DNA from: a virus
Taxonomy: Duplodnaviria > Caudoviricetes
Virus record (IMG/VR): IMGVR_UViG_3300014208_000015
Coordinates: 1-40,964 of that record
Direction: 5' to 3' (one strand)
Length of the DNA stretch: 40,964 nt
A program made the translations under genes and the position numbers. Below, piece by piece: positions 1-9,849 of this stretch. Every line of letters starts with the position of its first letter. The stretch's first letter is position 1. Under the pieces are notes generated by a model that saw only the letters and a list, made by a program, of their open reading frames with translations, made no database searches and was not told the DNA's origin.

Positions 1-123
1 GGTTATCGGTGAAGCAAGTACCGAATAGGCGTTGTTGGTAAGATATTTTGGTATGCTTTTGAAAAATTTGACATAGCTGCCTTGCGTTGTGTAAATATTA
101 CCCTGCGATCCGGCCAAGACGTA
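1..123. repeat. Direct terminal repeat, left copy (circular-assembly overlap)
   Basis: Bases 1-123 are identical to 40842-40964, and an ORF reads in frame across the junction. Confidence 0.97.
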
Positions 124-1221
124 GACCGTGCCGCCTATATTTTTCATACGCTTAATGGCATATTCGCCAACCGACATCGGCAGACTGAATGAATTGCTTA
201 TCCGGTCCCAAGGATAAATCTTGTCAAAAGTATTCCCGCCGGCCAGTAAATTCACGCCGAGTTCTTCCAAACATTGAGCAACTTCATAGGTAGGCAAATC
301 AAGCGCCTGGTTGTTGTAGGTAAAAGATGCCGCCGTAGCGGGTACGAAGGTCTGCCCGACTTTTTCAATAATGCTGCCGACATATCGGTTGTCGCAAAAA
401 TAGATAGCATCATCCTGACTACGAATCGCGTGATGGCTGTTGGCCACGCCAGAGCCGGTATTCAAATTTTGCCATGCATTGCTCCAGGCCAATGCTTCAA
501 TCGCCGTATCGCCGTATACGTCGATCACGTCCACCACGGCGTTACGGAAGGTAAATAAATAAGTGGAGGTCGTGTTTGAAAATGCATGCAATGCCAGTCC
601 GTTGCCCGAAGCATTAGTCAGCGCCGCGTCTACGTCCTCAATCGCGGAATTATGAAGCAAATATGCTTTTGATCCTGTTGGCACGAACCATGTGCGGCCG
701 TTAGAATCTAGCATGTAGATATAATTATTGCGCGGATCCTGCAGGATCCAATTGATCGTGCCAATTGCTATCGGGTGGATGGTATGGACATTAGTGCCGG
801 CGTCGGTTATATCCATCGCCGTGCCGGCAGCGCTGCCGACCGCGTTTTTGTACGAGGTGGCCAGTTTAAAAGTAGTAGCGGTCACCCGGATGATATAATA
901 AACCGTGTTGACCGATAATCCGACCGGATCCGCAACCGGTAAATTTCCGGTGCTGGTCAGGTAGACCGCGGCACCGCTCATGTTTAGAGCCCCCGATTCG
1001 ATCGTGCTGCCGGCGGTAAATATATTGGTCGCTGGATCAACCGTAAAAGTCACGGTATTCAGCGCGGGGAAATATGATTGAGGTTGTTTAGCCACTTTCA
1101 GCGCGCCGGGAAATGATTCTATATCAAAATTACGAAGCAGACTGATGCCCGCTTGGTGCGGTCCATCAGTCATGCCGTTTTCCCACCCCTTGATTGATAT
1201 TGGCTGCTGTTGGCTGCTCAT
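1..1221 (-). CDS. 5' part of a ~580 aa tail/packaged-DNA stabilisation protein (joins 40841..40320)
   Basis: ATG at 1221 (MSSQQQPISIKGWENGMTDGPHQAGISLLRNFDIESFPG...). The frame matches ORF 40320..40958 across the terminal repeat. The ORF track misses it because it runs off the window edge. Confidence 0.8.
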   Translation of the reverse strand, partial: MSSQQQPISIKGWENGMTDGPHQAGISLLRNFDIESFPGALKVAKQPQSYFPALNTVTFTVDPATNIFTAGSTIESGALNMSGAAVYLTSTGNLPVADPVGLSVNTVYYIIRVTATTFKLATSYKNAVGSAAGTAMDITDAGTNVHTIHPIAIGTINWILQDPRNNYIYMLDSNGRTWFVPTGSKAYLLHNSAIEDVDAALTNASGNGLALHAFSNTTSTYLFTFRNAVVDVIDVYGDTAIEALAWSNAWQNLNTGSGVANSHHAIRSQDDAIYFCDNRYVGSIIEKVGQTFVPATAASFTYNNQALDLPTYEVAQCLEELGVNLLAGGNTFDKIYPWDRISNSFSLPMSVGEYAIKRMKNIGGTVYVLAGSQGNIYTTQGSYVKFFKSIPKYLTNNAYSVLASPIT

Positions 1222-1224
1222 GTC

Positions 1225-1512
1225 CTAATATTTTCCCAACACCCGGCCATTCTGATCAGTCAGAATGTTTTTCAATAAATAGTTAATCGCGCCGACCACG
1301 CCCAACAAAACGCCGATCGCCAAACCGGTTACGAGTGACGTCAATACCTGAGAAAAATCAATCTCCAGGTTACCGGCCTGCAATGACGCTACAATCTGCT
1401 GCAGGATCGATGTTATCGTGGTGGCTACCGAAGTCGTCGCCGTAGTGATAAAAAGCACGACGGCACTTTTCATCAGATCGCGACCATTGATTTTAAATAG
1501 TTCGCTGAGCAT
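1225..1512 (-). CDS. Membrane protein, possible holin
   Basis: 95 aa, two hydrophobic segments, charged C-terminus. Confidence 0.55.
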   Translation of the reverse strand: MLSELFKINGRDLMKSAVVLFITTATTSVATTITSILQQIVASLQAGNLEIDFSQVLTSLVTGLAIGVLLGVVGAINYLLKNILTDQNGRVLGKY

Positions 1513-1525
1513 AGATTTATGTTAG

Positions 1526-1657
1526 TTATTTAACTTTGTAATCTTCACATTTTTTAGCATGACACTCTGCCGCGTATCCGTTTCCAATATGATGACCGGT
1601 TTTTTCGCAATAACAGGTCTTCAAATAAAATTCACATTTTGTGCAGGTGTTTTCCAT
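1526..1657 (-). CDS. Small Cys-rich hypothetical protein (43 aa)
   Basis: MENTCTKCEFYLKTCYCEKTGHHIGNGYAAECHAKKCEDYKVK fills the gap between neighbouring genes. Confidence 0.55.
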   Translation of the reverse strand: MENTCTKCEFYLKTCYCEKTGHHIGNGYAAECHAKKCEDYKVK

Positions 1658-1661
1658 AAAT

Positions 1662-2507
1662 TTATTCGTCATATATCATTGATTGGATCAAAGGCTGGAC
1701 GTAGGCGGCAGGAGCGGACTCACCGTTATAAAGCGAAGCAACTTCATCTGAAGTTAAAACATCACTCCAAACAGATAAATCGTCTATCGTGATGGTTGAA
1801 GCGTACCCAGGGTAGCCGGTGCAGTTTGAATTAATGTAGGTTGCAACAATAAGACAATATTGACCGCCATCATTTCCATTACCAGAAATGGATTGAGGCG
1901 TCCCAACCTCTGAGCCGTTGATATAAAGGCGCATAGTTGAACCATCATAAGTGGTCACAAAATGAAAAAAGTTTGTAGTTCCGTAATTGAAATCATAATC
2001 CAAATCATATGTCGCTATTCCGTTTCTAAAGTGCCTGTATTTAACGCCGTAGGTAGTGCCAACAATTTTAATAAAAAAACCGTCCCAAGTATCACTGGCG
2101 GAATTACTTCTAATAGCAACGGTTTCCAATCCTTCATTTACGGTAGTGACCGGTAGTAAAATAACTTTCACCCAAGCGGACATTGAATAAGATGAACTGG
2201 TGATTCCCAAATCAGAAGCAACTTTTAAATGTTGTGCGCCAGTCCTGTTATTACTATCAGTCGATGCACCGTTGTTGAACTTTGCCGCATCAAACGTCAT
2301 CGTATTAACGTTCGTTAAATCGTAATCCGTCCCGCTGTCTTCGCTATCGGTGACATCCTCTAATCTGTAATAGGCGGCCAAATTAGCGTCATTGTACAAA
2401 GACATCGAGAATAGCTCGGTCGCTGCCGCTCGAGCTTTATATCCGTAACCGCCAGTCAGGATCGTCGCAACCAGCCATATAAAATAGATTGTTTTTCTAA
2501 ATTTCAT
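1662..2507 (-). CDS. LamG/concanavalin A-like domain protein with signal peptide
   Basis: LAAYYRLE, YSMSAWVK, HFVTTYDGSTMRLYING and IDDLSVWSDVLTSDEVASLY match LamG_3 motifs; N-terminal signal-like sequence ending ARA. Confidence 0.85.
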   Translation of the reverse strand: MKFRKTIYFIWLVATILTGGYGYKARAAATELFSMSLYNDANLAAYYRLEDVTDSEDSGTDYDLTNVNTMTFDAAKFNNGASTDSNNRTGAQHLKVASDLGITSSSYSMSAWVKVILLPVTTVNEGLETVAIRSNSASDTWDGFFIKIVGTTYGVKYRHFRNGIATYDLDYDFNYGTTNFFHFVTTYDGSTMRLYINGSEVGTPQSISGNGNDGGQYCLIVATYINSNCTGYPGYASTITIDDLSVWSDVLTSDEVASLYNGESAPAAYVQPLIQSMIYDE

Positions 2508-2866
2508 TTGATGGCTTTAGTGTCTTTGTCAATTTTACTTTTTTCGTATTCGGTGATTTTTCCCTTATCATCTTGAATATGCACGATGTAATCGGCCGTG
2601 CCGTCCGGATAGACCAATTCATCCACCCAGTAGCCGGGCGTAGAGCTGCCGATCTCCGGCTTTGGTATCATTTGATATTTTCCGTTCTTTACGAAATAAT
2701 TATCTTGAATTGATTTGACATCCTTTTCTACCGATAGGACAGAATCAACCGCTTGCCCCGCGTTTTTATCAACTGCTTTTTTAACCATAAATCCCCAAGA
2801 GCCGATAAGAAAATTGACGGCCAATACAAACCCTAGAATTTTAAACGGTGTCTTAAGTCGGGTCAT
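2504..2866 (-). CDS. Membrane-anchored hypothetical protein
   Basis: Probable start MTRLKTPFK, followed by a hydrophobic helix. Confidence 0.6.
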   Translation of the reverse strand: MTRLKTPFKILGFVLAVNFLIGSWGFMVKKAVDKNAGQAVDSVLSVEKDVKSIQDNYFVKNGKYQMIPKPEIGSSTPGYWVDELVYPDGTADYIVHIQDDKGKITEYEKSKIDKDTKAIK

Positions 2867-4928
2867 AGGTGTATTTAAACCTACAGGTAATCTGTACTGG
2901 TGTTGAGGCTGGCGTGCCAAAATCTACCCGAATCGATTCCCCGGCCGTAAAGTTAACATTGGTAGTCAGGGGGATATAATTTATCGTGGTCGAGGCGGTG
3001 GGGATGTAGTCTGATCGATTCGTGCCGTCGTAAAGTGAAACGCCTACAGTCCCGGCGGTCGTTTCACAATATACTCCGCGGAAGGTCAAAGCTTGTATCG
3101 CTGGGGCGAGTAAAAGCGTCGTCGTCCCACTCCAAGCAGTCGAGGTGGCATAGTGAGCGACAATCGTTCCAAAATTCACGATGGTTGAGGTGGCCGTGCC
3201 GTAATACTGCAATTCATTATTGGTCTTATCAAGGCAGATGTTGCCTTTGCCGTTGTTGCCATTAGTGAATAAACAGTTATTGGAAGATTCAATCGTATTT
3301 ATTTTTTGCCACTCCATCCTTCCCGTAGTTGAGGAGATTCCTAGATAATTTCCGGACGTTGAGGAAGCTAAAGTCGTCCAGGCGTTCACCCCGGTCGAAA
3401 CAAGAAGCGAGCCAGGGGTAACCGAGGTCAGTCCCGTGCCTCCATAGGTTGCGCCGATTGCTGTGGCGTTCCAGGTGCCGGTGGTTATGGTGCCAATTTT
3501 TCCAAGATTGAGAAGCACGGTCAGCGATGAAGTCGCTCCCCAGGAAGGGTAGCCAGTGGCTCCAATCGTTAAATATCCGCCGGGTGATGAGGAAGCGAGA
3601 GCTGCCCAGGTATTCAGGGCAGAGCCATATAAAAGCGTTCCGGCGGCATTGGCAGTCAAACCCGTGCCTCCATATGTCGGACCGACTACCGCTCCGTTCC
3701 AAGTACCACTCTTGATCGTGCCGAGATAAGAGTTGGTTGAAACGCTAAGATTTGTAGTAGAGGCGTTCGGAATAACTACATTGCCAGAATAAGTCAGTGT
3801 TCCCGTGGCGTGAGTAATTGTATAATCGCCATTAGCATAATTTATTACCGCTCCTCGTTTTAAAAATAATCCATTCCAGTTTTTTACATTAGAGCCAAGT
3901 GGCGATCCTCCATCGCTGGTCGGAAATATTCCGGTGGAAGAATATATTGCATTAGTAAATTGAAAATCACCACCGGCAAAAGTTAATTTTTCTGCCGAGT
4001 GAGTAAGGGTTACATCTCCATTATCCCAATCTATAATATTTCCAGAATTTAAAAATAGTTTTGTGCCTACAGACAGATTGGTGGTAGAAGCGTTTATCAC
4101 TAGATCCCCGTTCCAACCTATATCCGCCAGATATTCAGTTGAGGAAGCTATCTTGGCGTTGAGGATTGATTCTCCTGACCAAGTGCCGGTGGTGATCGTG
4201 CCGAGAGTATTAATAGTGGTTGATCCGGTATTTGGTTCAAGAGCCATCGTGCCAAGCCCGAGCGAAGTGCGGCCGGTGGCGGCGACTAGCCCCGTAGCTC
4301 CGCCGTCCCATTTAAGACGATCAGTATAGGCTGTATTCCAATTTCCAGAAGCGTCGACGATTGAGGTGTCCCAGCCCGAGCCGGTCGAGAGGGCAATGCC
4401 CGCACCCGGGTAGATCATTGAGCCGCCGGATATGTTAAGGGTTGAAGTAGCGACCCACGAAGGAACCGCGCCGTTTGTTTGTAAAATCATTCCCGACGTT
4501 CCTGTGGCGAACAATGAATTATAGGCATCGTTTCCGTTGGTTGTTGAAGCGGTTTTTGGAATGGAATAATCACCGGTAAAGGTGAGAGAAAGCGTTCCCG
4601 CGCTAGTGATTGGATTGCCCGATATTGAAAGGCCGGTCGGGACACTCATATCGACCGAGGTGACCGTACCGGCGCCAGCCGAGCTTAGCGTATAGGTCAG
4701 AAATGGAGAAGAGGAGGCCACCACCAATGTTTTACCGACATCGCTCGCGGATGTAGTTGATATGCCGGTCCCACCCTGAAATCCCTGGAATACCGTACCA
4801 GCACCAAGAAGCTGGCCGCCATTGCATGCCGGGGTAAAAAATGTATGAAAATATGCGTCAGCCGCAAAACTGATCGCAAAGACTGAGATGACGCCGAGAA
4901 TAAAAATCAGGGTAAAATATTTTTTCAT
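2853..4928 (-). CDS. Tail fibre/adhesin-like protein with N-terminal signal peptide
   Basis: Gly/Ser/Thr-rich; GTVTSV and GTITTGTW(N/S)G..YGGTG repeats typical of fibres; begins MKKYFTLIFILGVISVFAISFAADA. Confidence 0.7.
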   Translation of the reverse strand: MKKYFTLIFILGVISVFAISFAADAYFHTFFTPACNGGQLLGAGTVFQGFQGGTGISTTSASDVGKTLVVASSSPFLTYTLSSAGAGTVTSVDMSVPTGLSISGNPITSAGTLSLTFTGDYSIPKTASTTNGNDAYNSLFATGTSGMILQTNGAVPSWVATSTLNISGGSMIYPGAGIALSTGSGWDTSIVDASGNWNTAYTDRLKWDGGATGLVAATGRTSLGLGTMALEPNTGSTTINTLGTITTGTWSGESILNAKIASSTEYLADIGWNGDLVINASTTNLSVGTKLFLNSGNIIDWDNGDVTLTHSAEKLTFAGGDFQFTNAIYSSTGIFPTSDGGSPLGSNVKNWNGLFLKRGAVINYANGDYTITHATGTLTYSGNVVIPNASTTNLSVSTNSYLGTIKSGTWNGAVVGPTYGGTGLTANAAGTLLYGSALNTWAALASSSPGGYLTIGATGYPSWGATSSLTVLLNLGKIGTITTGTWNATAIGATYGGTGLTSVTPGSLLVSTGVNAWTTLASSTSGNYLGISSTTGRMEWQKINTIESSNNCLFTNGNNGKGNICLDKTNNELQYYGTATSTIVNFGTIVAHYATSTAWSGTTTLLLAPAIQALTFRGVYCETTAGTVGVSLYDGTNRSDYIPTASTTINYIPLTTNVNFTAGESIRVDFGTPASTPVQITCRFKYTYDPT

Positions 4929-4929
4929 A

Positions 4930-5292
4930 TTATGCGTGTAAGCAGGTTATATATGCGTTCAGTCCGGCAGGCACGCCACCAGATAAAGTCAGCGTCACTG
5001 TCAGATTATCATCGTAGGTATAATCAGCGGTCGGTGTTTGTGGCTGGCCGCCGATCACTACCGCAAAGATAAATAACGCCACCTCCGGCAAGGTAAATGC
5101 AGTCTGCCCGGCTGTCGTCACGTAGGTGGTAGTCGTGAGCAGGGCGGCAATGGCTGACGCGCTGGTAGTACCCGATACTAAAAGCCGATGCGTAACCGGA
5201 TCGGCATATACAACCACCGGTGTTACTCCATCGGCATTTGATACCGCCAAAATGGTCGGCACCATATTTTGATCTCTTTTTGCGTCTGCCAT
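4930..5292 (-). CDS. Putative virion structural protein
   Basis: N-terminal RDQN..SNADG.TP..DP.TH module and a C-terminal AGQTAFTL...DYT beta domain. Confidence 0.6.
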   Translation of the reverse strand: MADAKRDQNMVPTILAVSNADGVTPVVVYADPVTHRLLVSGTTSASAIAALLTTTTYVTTAGQTAFTLPEVALFIFAVVIGGQPQTPTADYTYDDNLTVTLTLSGGVPAGLNAYITCLHA

Positions 5293-5293
5293 A

Positions 5294-5557
5294 TTAGCTC
5301 GAGTTTATCAGCAATTGGCCGGAGGCGTTGACGTAAATCGCGACCGGAGTCAGGCCGTCCACACTTGAAGTCGCTAGCAGGACCGGTTGCATGTTGCTAT
5401 TGCGCCTGGCGATGTCATCTGATAAATCACTCCCGTCATTATTGTCGCTCACTTCTAGCGCGTGCGTGGTTGGATCGACTTTCACCGCGATCGGTGTGAT
5501 GCCATCGGCGTTGCTGGTCCCGAGCAGAGTTTCAACCTGATTATTATCTTTCGCCAT
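5294..5557 (-). CDS. Putative structural protein, two copies of a ~40 aa module
   Basis: Internal duplication; paralogous to the N-terminus of 4930..5292. Confidence 0.6.
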   Translation of the reverse strand: MAKDNNQVETLLGTSNADGITPIAVKVDPTTHALEVSDNNDGSDLSDDIARRNSNMQPVLLATSSVDGLTPVAIYVNASGQLLINSS

Positions 5558-5558
5558 G

Positions 5559-6275
5559 TCATTGTCCTAAAATTTCTTTTTTGGCCGCTGCCAGTGCCTT
5601 ATAAGCGTCCTGAAGGGCAATTCTGTCGCTTCTAAGCGTTTTTTCCCTGTTATCCAGCTCTTTCTGCCTAATGACGTTCATGCGCTCAATTTCAGCCGTT
5701 TTCAGGGCTTTTACGGCCATAACCTCTTTTTCCCGATTAAATTGCGCCTTGGCCTGATTAAGTTCGGTCCAGCGTTGGCCTAGATCGCGCGCCGACTCAT
5801 CCAGTTTATTCTGTCCGGCAATAATGCCGGCTTCTTTGTAATTTATCTTTTTCTCTCGCTCCTCGATGCTTTGGCTCTGCTTTATCAGCAATCTTGTCTG
5901 TTCTTTGATTCTGGATCGTTCATTTTCAAGTTCGATCCTTATATCTTCCACCTGCAACAAGCGCTCATTCGCTTCAAGCAGCCGCCGGTTTGTTTCTTCC
6001 TCTATTTTTTTTATCGGCCGCAGCGCCGCCTCCCGGCGCGTTTCCAGATCATCGACTTGTCGTTCCAGAATGGTTTTTTTGACACGTGCTTCCGCGTTTC
6101 GCTCTTCCACGGATTTATTTAGACGATCGATTTCTTTCTGCGCCGACGACCTGGCTTGGTTCAATCGTTTGGCCAGCGCCGATTCCTCCGCCGCCAAGGC
6201 GGTGGTTCTTATGCGCGCCTCTTGTTCACCGCAGCGTTTTTCCGCTTGTATTTTGGTCGGCGATAGCAGCTCCAC
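5559..6275 (-). CDS. Coiled-coil protein
   Basis: E/K/R/L-rich heptad-like sequence. Confidence 0.65.
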   Translation of the reverse strand: MELLSPTKIQAEKRCGEQEARIRTTALAAEESALAKRLNQARSSAQKEIDRLNKSVEERNAEARVKKTILERQVDDLETRREAALRPIKKIEEETNRRLLEANERLLQVEDIRIELENERSRIKEQTRLLIKQSQSIEEREKKINYKEAGIIAGQNKLDESARDLGQRWTELNQAKAQFNREKEVMAVKALKTAEIERMNVIRQKELDNREKTLRSDRIALQDAYKALAAAKKEILGQ

Positions 6276-6279
6276 AAAT

Positions 6280-6735
6280 TTATGCCACGACTACGTTTCC
6301 ATCGCTGGAAATCGGCGCCCACAGGCAATAGTATGTCAACTGGCCGGCGGTCAGCGCCGTCGAACCGATTGTCTGAATGATATCCTGGCTATTGCCGATG
6401 ATCAGCTGGCTTGGCATTGCCTCTACCTTAGTGGTCGGCGTGGCATCGGTATATATCTCATCTGCCGCCAAAACGGTCGCATTGGCCAATTGAGCAAGAA
6501 TAACCGCGGTCGCTCCGCTTATTCCAACTTCAAGCGTTGCCGCCCCTTCTAGCGTCGTGCCACAGACGCCAAAAACTCGCACCACCACGCAGCCGGTCAC
6601 GGTGAATAAAGTGGTCGCGCCGGTCGCACCGGTCGTCGCGCCTACGTAGGTGATGGCCTTGCTCGCCACCAGCCCCTCGCTCCAAATCGGTACGCTATTG
6701 GCATCGCGCGGGAATACTGAGTCTATGATAGCCAT
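6280..6735 (-). CDS. Putative virion structural protein
   Basis: Beta-rich sequence in the capsid operon. Confidence 0.6.
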   Translation of the reverse strand: MAIIDSVFPRDANSVPIWSEGLVASKAITYVGATTGATGATTLFTVTGCVVVRVFGVCGTTLEGAATLEVGISGATAVILAQLANATVLAADEIYTDATPTTKVEAMPSQLIIGNSQDIIQTIGSTALTAGQLTYYCLWAPISSDGNVVVA

Positions 6736-6747
6736 ACGTTATGTTAA

Positions 6748-7149
6748 TTATTTAATTCCCTCTATCTCATCTTCTTCCGGCGGGGCGATTATCTGCGCCT
6801 CTTTTCCCGGTCCGGCCTGATCTTCCTCCGCCTGCTTATTTAACACCTCAACCGCTACCTGAGTTTCGTCCTTGTCGCCCTGCGGATCCGAAGCGTCATC
6901 GACAATTTTGAACGCCTGGTTGTATTTTTCCAAATACTCCGGCACTTGCTCCGGATCTTTAGGCGAGGTGGCGTTTTCTCTCGGCGGATCCATTTTCAGC
7001 AGTTCGCGATTGGTCAGGTGCTTGGCGAAGTGTGCCGCCAGGTAGGCCGGTAGATACTTCTTTTCGCCCGGCTGGTAGGTGTAGGGTCGGCCGTTCCAGT
7101 AGCCGATAAACGTTTCGTTTGAGAAATTGTGAAAGATTGCTACTTTCAT
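6748..7149 (-). CDS. Hypothetical protein downstream of the capsid genes
   Basis: 133 aa ORF with an acidic tail. Confidence 0.65.
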   Translation of the reverse strand: MKVAIFHNFSNETFIGYWNGRPYTYQPGEKKYLPAYLAAHFAKHLTNRELLKMDPPRENATSPKDPEQVPEYLEKYNQAFKIVDDASDPQGDKDETQVAVEVLNKQAEEDQAGPGKEAQIIAPPEEDEIEGIK

Positions 7150-7218
7150 AAAAAAATATTTAGGCTGGCGCGGTGATTCCAGTCATTGGGTTAGCACCGT
7201 CTTTATCATGCTTTGATA

Positions 7219-7247
7219 TAAACCCCCCTCTTGCGAGAGGGGTTTTT
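7219..7247 (-). terminator. Intrinsic terminator-like hairpin after the capsid genes
   Basis: On -: AAAAACCCCTCTC-GCAA-GAGGGGGGTTTA, GC stem with a GNRA loop, just after the 7262 stop codon. Confidence 0.65.
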
Positions 7248-7261
7248 GATCAGAGTATGAT

Positions 7262-8002
7262 CTAGTGGATCCGCAGATACACCAAGGAGTACTCGCCGGA
7301 TATGCTGGTTGCAATATTCTCGCCGAGAATGTTGGTAGCAGCGATTGCCGGAGCGCATGATCCCGATGTGCCGCCGGATAATGAACCGACAACTTTGCCG
7401 GCTACGCCTGTCCCGGTGAAGAGTACCGAGGCCACGCCGTAGGTCTGTATCCAGCCGTAGTATGCCTCGGTCAGGATCCGGTGCGCCACGCCGACGATTA
7501 CGCCGGTCGGCGTACCCGGTTCGATGGTGATGCCATTGTAAGGATGCGGGGTGACGATGAAATTGGAGGCGGTCGTCACGGCAATTATTAATGGATCATC
7601 CAAGGTAATCACTGCGCCGGTGGCGCCGGTTACCGCAGTGTTGCCCTTGATCTTGTAGAGATAACCTTGGCCCGGTGTCACCACTACCGAGAGATAACCG
7701 CCGGCCAGCTGGTTGGCGGTCAGGGTGATGGAGTCGCTCACGGTGATTGAGGTACCGCCGATTGCCACATTGGCGGACGGCGCCAAACCGCCGGACGGTT
7801 GCAGGTTGGTAGCGTCCAGAGCGGAGCTCTGGTACACCTTGCCCGCGACCGTCGCCGTTGTGCCGCACTTGGTATAGCGGAAGCCACGGCCATCACCGGT
7901 TTCCACGTAGGCGCCGATGTCGTGCATCTGAGTCGATGATTCCTCGTTGATACCCTGAGCGACGACGCTGACCGGCCCGGTAAGATTCGTTTGATTGGTC
8001 AT
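7262..8002 (-). CDS. Capsid cement/decoration-like protein
   Basis: G..G..FRY and YGWIQT.G motifs typical of proteins encoded after the major capsid gene. Confidence 0.6.
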   Translation of the reverse strand: MTNQTNLTGPVSVVAQGINEESSTQMHDIGAYVETGDGRGFRYTKCGTTATVAGKVYQSSALDATNLQPSGGLAPSANVAIGGTSITVSDSITLTANQLAGGYLSVVVTPGQGYLYKIKGNTAVTGATGAVITLDDPLIIAVTTASNFIVTPHPYNGITIEPGTPTGVIVGVAHRILTEAYYGWIQTYGVASVLFTGTGVAGKVVGSLSGGTSGSCAPAIAATNILGENIATSISGEYSLVYLRIH

Positions 8003-8041
8003 ATTTGATGCTTAGCTTTGATTATGATCGATAATTCGTGA

Positions 8042-8737
8042 TCAATTCCCGATATGAACGCTGATATCGGAATTGCTCTCGCGGATGAAAGTCAAAAATC
8101 CGGCCGATTGCGGCGTGATTTTTGGCGATGATGTTCCGGAGAGAGACATTCCAGCGCCGGCAGCAATGACAACATCGATGCCTGCGGTGCTTGTCGCGTT
8201 TGATATCGTTTTCGTAATAAAGTCCCCGGTGTTTGGAATCATCGCCGTCAATGTTGACGATGCGGGGAAGGTGTAAGTTGTATCCGCCGTGTTTGGCGTC
8301 AATACTAAGCCGGTATAGCTTGTAAGATATGTTGCCGGTAGCGTTTCTGCGGTGTTTGTGGTCGAGGAGGCTAGCGTTGAGCCGCCTTGGGTCAAGCCCA
8401 CTACATCCGACGCGCCGCTCACTGTCAATGAGGACAGCGTGCTGGCGCCCGCTTGTAGCGTCGATGATAAAACGACCGCTCCGCTAGCGTCCAGGGTAGT
8501 TACCGTTGTCGCTCCGCCATCGAGAGAGTCACTGGTTTTGATCGGCTTGGCGCTATTATATCCGCCGTTGTATTGCACGTACGGATCATAATTTTCAGCC
8601 AGCAAATTGCCCGCGGCACCGGTAAATTTCACCTGGTCACCAGAGCCGTTGTCTGCAAGCAACACGCTCAGAGTGATTATTGAAACTACCAGCACTACCC
8701 CTAGGAAGGCCAACAACATCTTGAATTCTTTAGTCAT
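8042..8737 (-). CDS. Ser/Thr-rich protein with N-terminal membrane/signal segment, directly after the major capsid gene
   Basis: Probable start MTKEFKMLLAFLGVVLVVSIITLSVLLA; C-terminal TYTFPA...IPNTGD..AAGAG domain. Confidence 0.65.
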   Translation of the reverse strand: MTKEFKMLLAFLGVVLVVSIITLSVLLADNGSGDQVKFTGAAGNLLAENYDPYVQYNGGYNSAKPIKTSDSLDGGATTVTTLDASGAVVLSSTLQAGASTLSSLTVSGASDVVGLTQGGSTLASSTTNTAETLPATYLTSYTGLVLTPNTADTTYTFPASSTLTAMIPNTGDFITKTISNATSTAGIDVVIAAGAGMSLSGTSSPKITPQSAGFLTFIRESNSDISVHIGN

Positions 8738-8783
8738 GTTGGTTTCAGCATGCTTACGCACGCGTTAGTTGATTAGAGGTGGC

Positions 8784-9803
8784 CTAGATGCCAGTGATGC
8801 TGGTCAGCTTGCCATGGCGCTTCGGGTTGGTGGTGATGAACTGACCGCCGAAGTAGATGTGACCGACCACCGAGCCGGAGTTTGCCGGGATGATCCAGTC
8901 GCTCCAGGAAAAGCCGAGGCCGATCGGAGCGCCATAATCATTGCCCTCTATCTGGCTCTTATAAGCCACCGGTTTGGCAAACTTATAAGGCAGGGCGTAG
9001 AAGTCGATAAAGTTCTCGTTCACCATGGCGAACATGCCGCTGGTCGCTTTTTCATCCATTAGCACCGGTTTGCCGTTGTAATGCAGGGCGGAGAAACCAG
9101 CGCCGGCCGTCAGGCCCTTGGTGTTCGACGCATCGTGGACGATGCGCTCCTGCGGCCGCAATAGCTGGCCGTAGAAATTAAATACCGCCTCGGTCGTGTA
9201 GATCGCCGTCGGTTTGACCGATCCTGATGCTACGTTGATCCAGAGGGTGTCGCACTTGGCCAGGGTGATGGTTCCGCTTGAGGCGGTGACCGTCGAGGCC
9301 AGGGTCGAATAGGTCGATCGGGAGAGACCGCCGATGGTGGCGACGCTGTTGCCGTCGTCTACCAAGGCTGCAAGGCCGAGGGGATCCTTCGAGCCGTTGC
9401 CAGTGCCGTCGGCATAAAAGATAGTACCGAGGTCATCGGCCATATCTTCGGTGTCCGACTGGATGGTCAGCTTCATCAGATCAAGAATCTTGTCGTCGGT
9501 GTCCGCGACTGAGATTTCGTCGCCGGGCAGGGCGCAAGTGATCTGATAAAAGCGCGGGGTGAATTCCATGAACTGACGGTTGTCGGTCGCGGCCACCGAG
9601 AAGGTGTCAAAACCGCTGAAGGACTGGCCGGTGGTGTTCTTGGCGTACTTGATCGGCACGCGCAAGGTTCTGCCATTCCACTTTTTAGCCGCGCGGACCA
9701 CGCGCTGGAACAGCACGTTGGAATTCAGAATGGTGTCCACGACAAATGGCAGATATTCAGTCTGCACGGTCGTTTGGACTCTTTGTCCGTATAATTCGCT
9801 CAT
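8784..9803 (-). CDS. Major capsid protein (HK97 fold)
   Basis: 339 aa, after the scaffold gene; GNGSKDPLGLAALV, YNGKPVLMDE and NPKRHGKLTSI are typical capsid motifs. Confidence 0.85.
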   Translation of the reverse strand: MSELYGQRVQTTVQTEYLPFVVDTILNSNVLFQRVVRAAKKWNGRTLRVPIKYAKNTTGQSFSGFDTFSVAATDNRQFMEFTPRFYQITCALPGDEISVADTDDKILDLMKLTIQSDTEDMADDLGTIFYADGTGNGSKDPLGLAALVDDGNSVATIGGLSRSTYSTLASTVTASSGTITLAKCDTLWINVASGSVKPTAIYTTEAVFNFYGQLLRPQERIVHDASNTKGLTAGAGFSALHYNGKPVLMDEKATSGMFAMVNENFIDFYALPYKFAKPVAYKSQIEGNDYGAPIGLGFSWSDWIIPANSGSVVGHIYFGGQFITTNPKRHGKLTSITGI

Positions 9804-9849
9804 ATTAAGGGTGGTTAGTTTATAGTTCGATAATCGCCACCCGCTTTAG

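Noticed and set aside
1-123. Biological terminal repeat of the virion DNA
   Set aside because: It falls mid-gene and is most simply the assembler's circular overlap. It shows completeness, not packaging ends.
7152-7201. Possible pseudoknot CGGTG/CACCG with CTGG/CCAG upstream of 7149
   Set aside because: Stems are too short to distinguish from chance without homologues.
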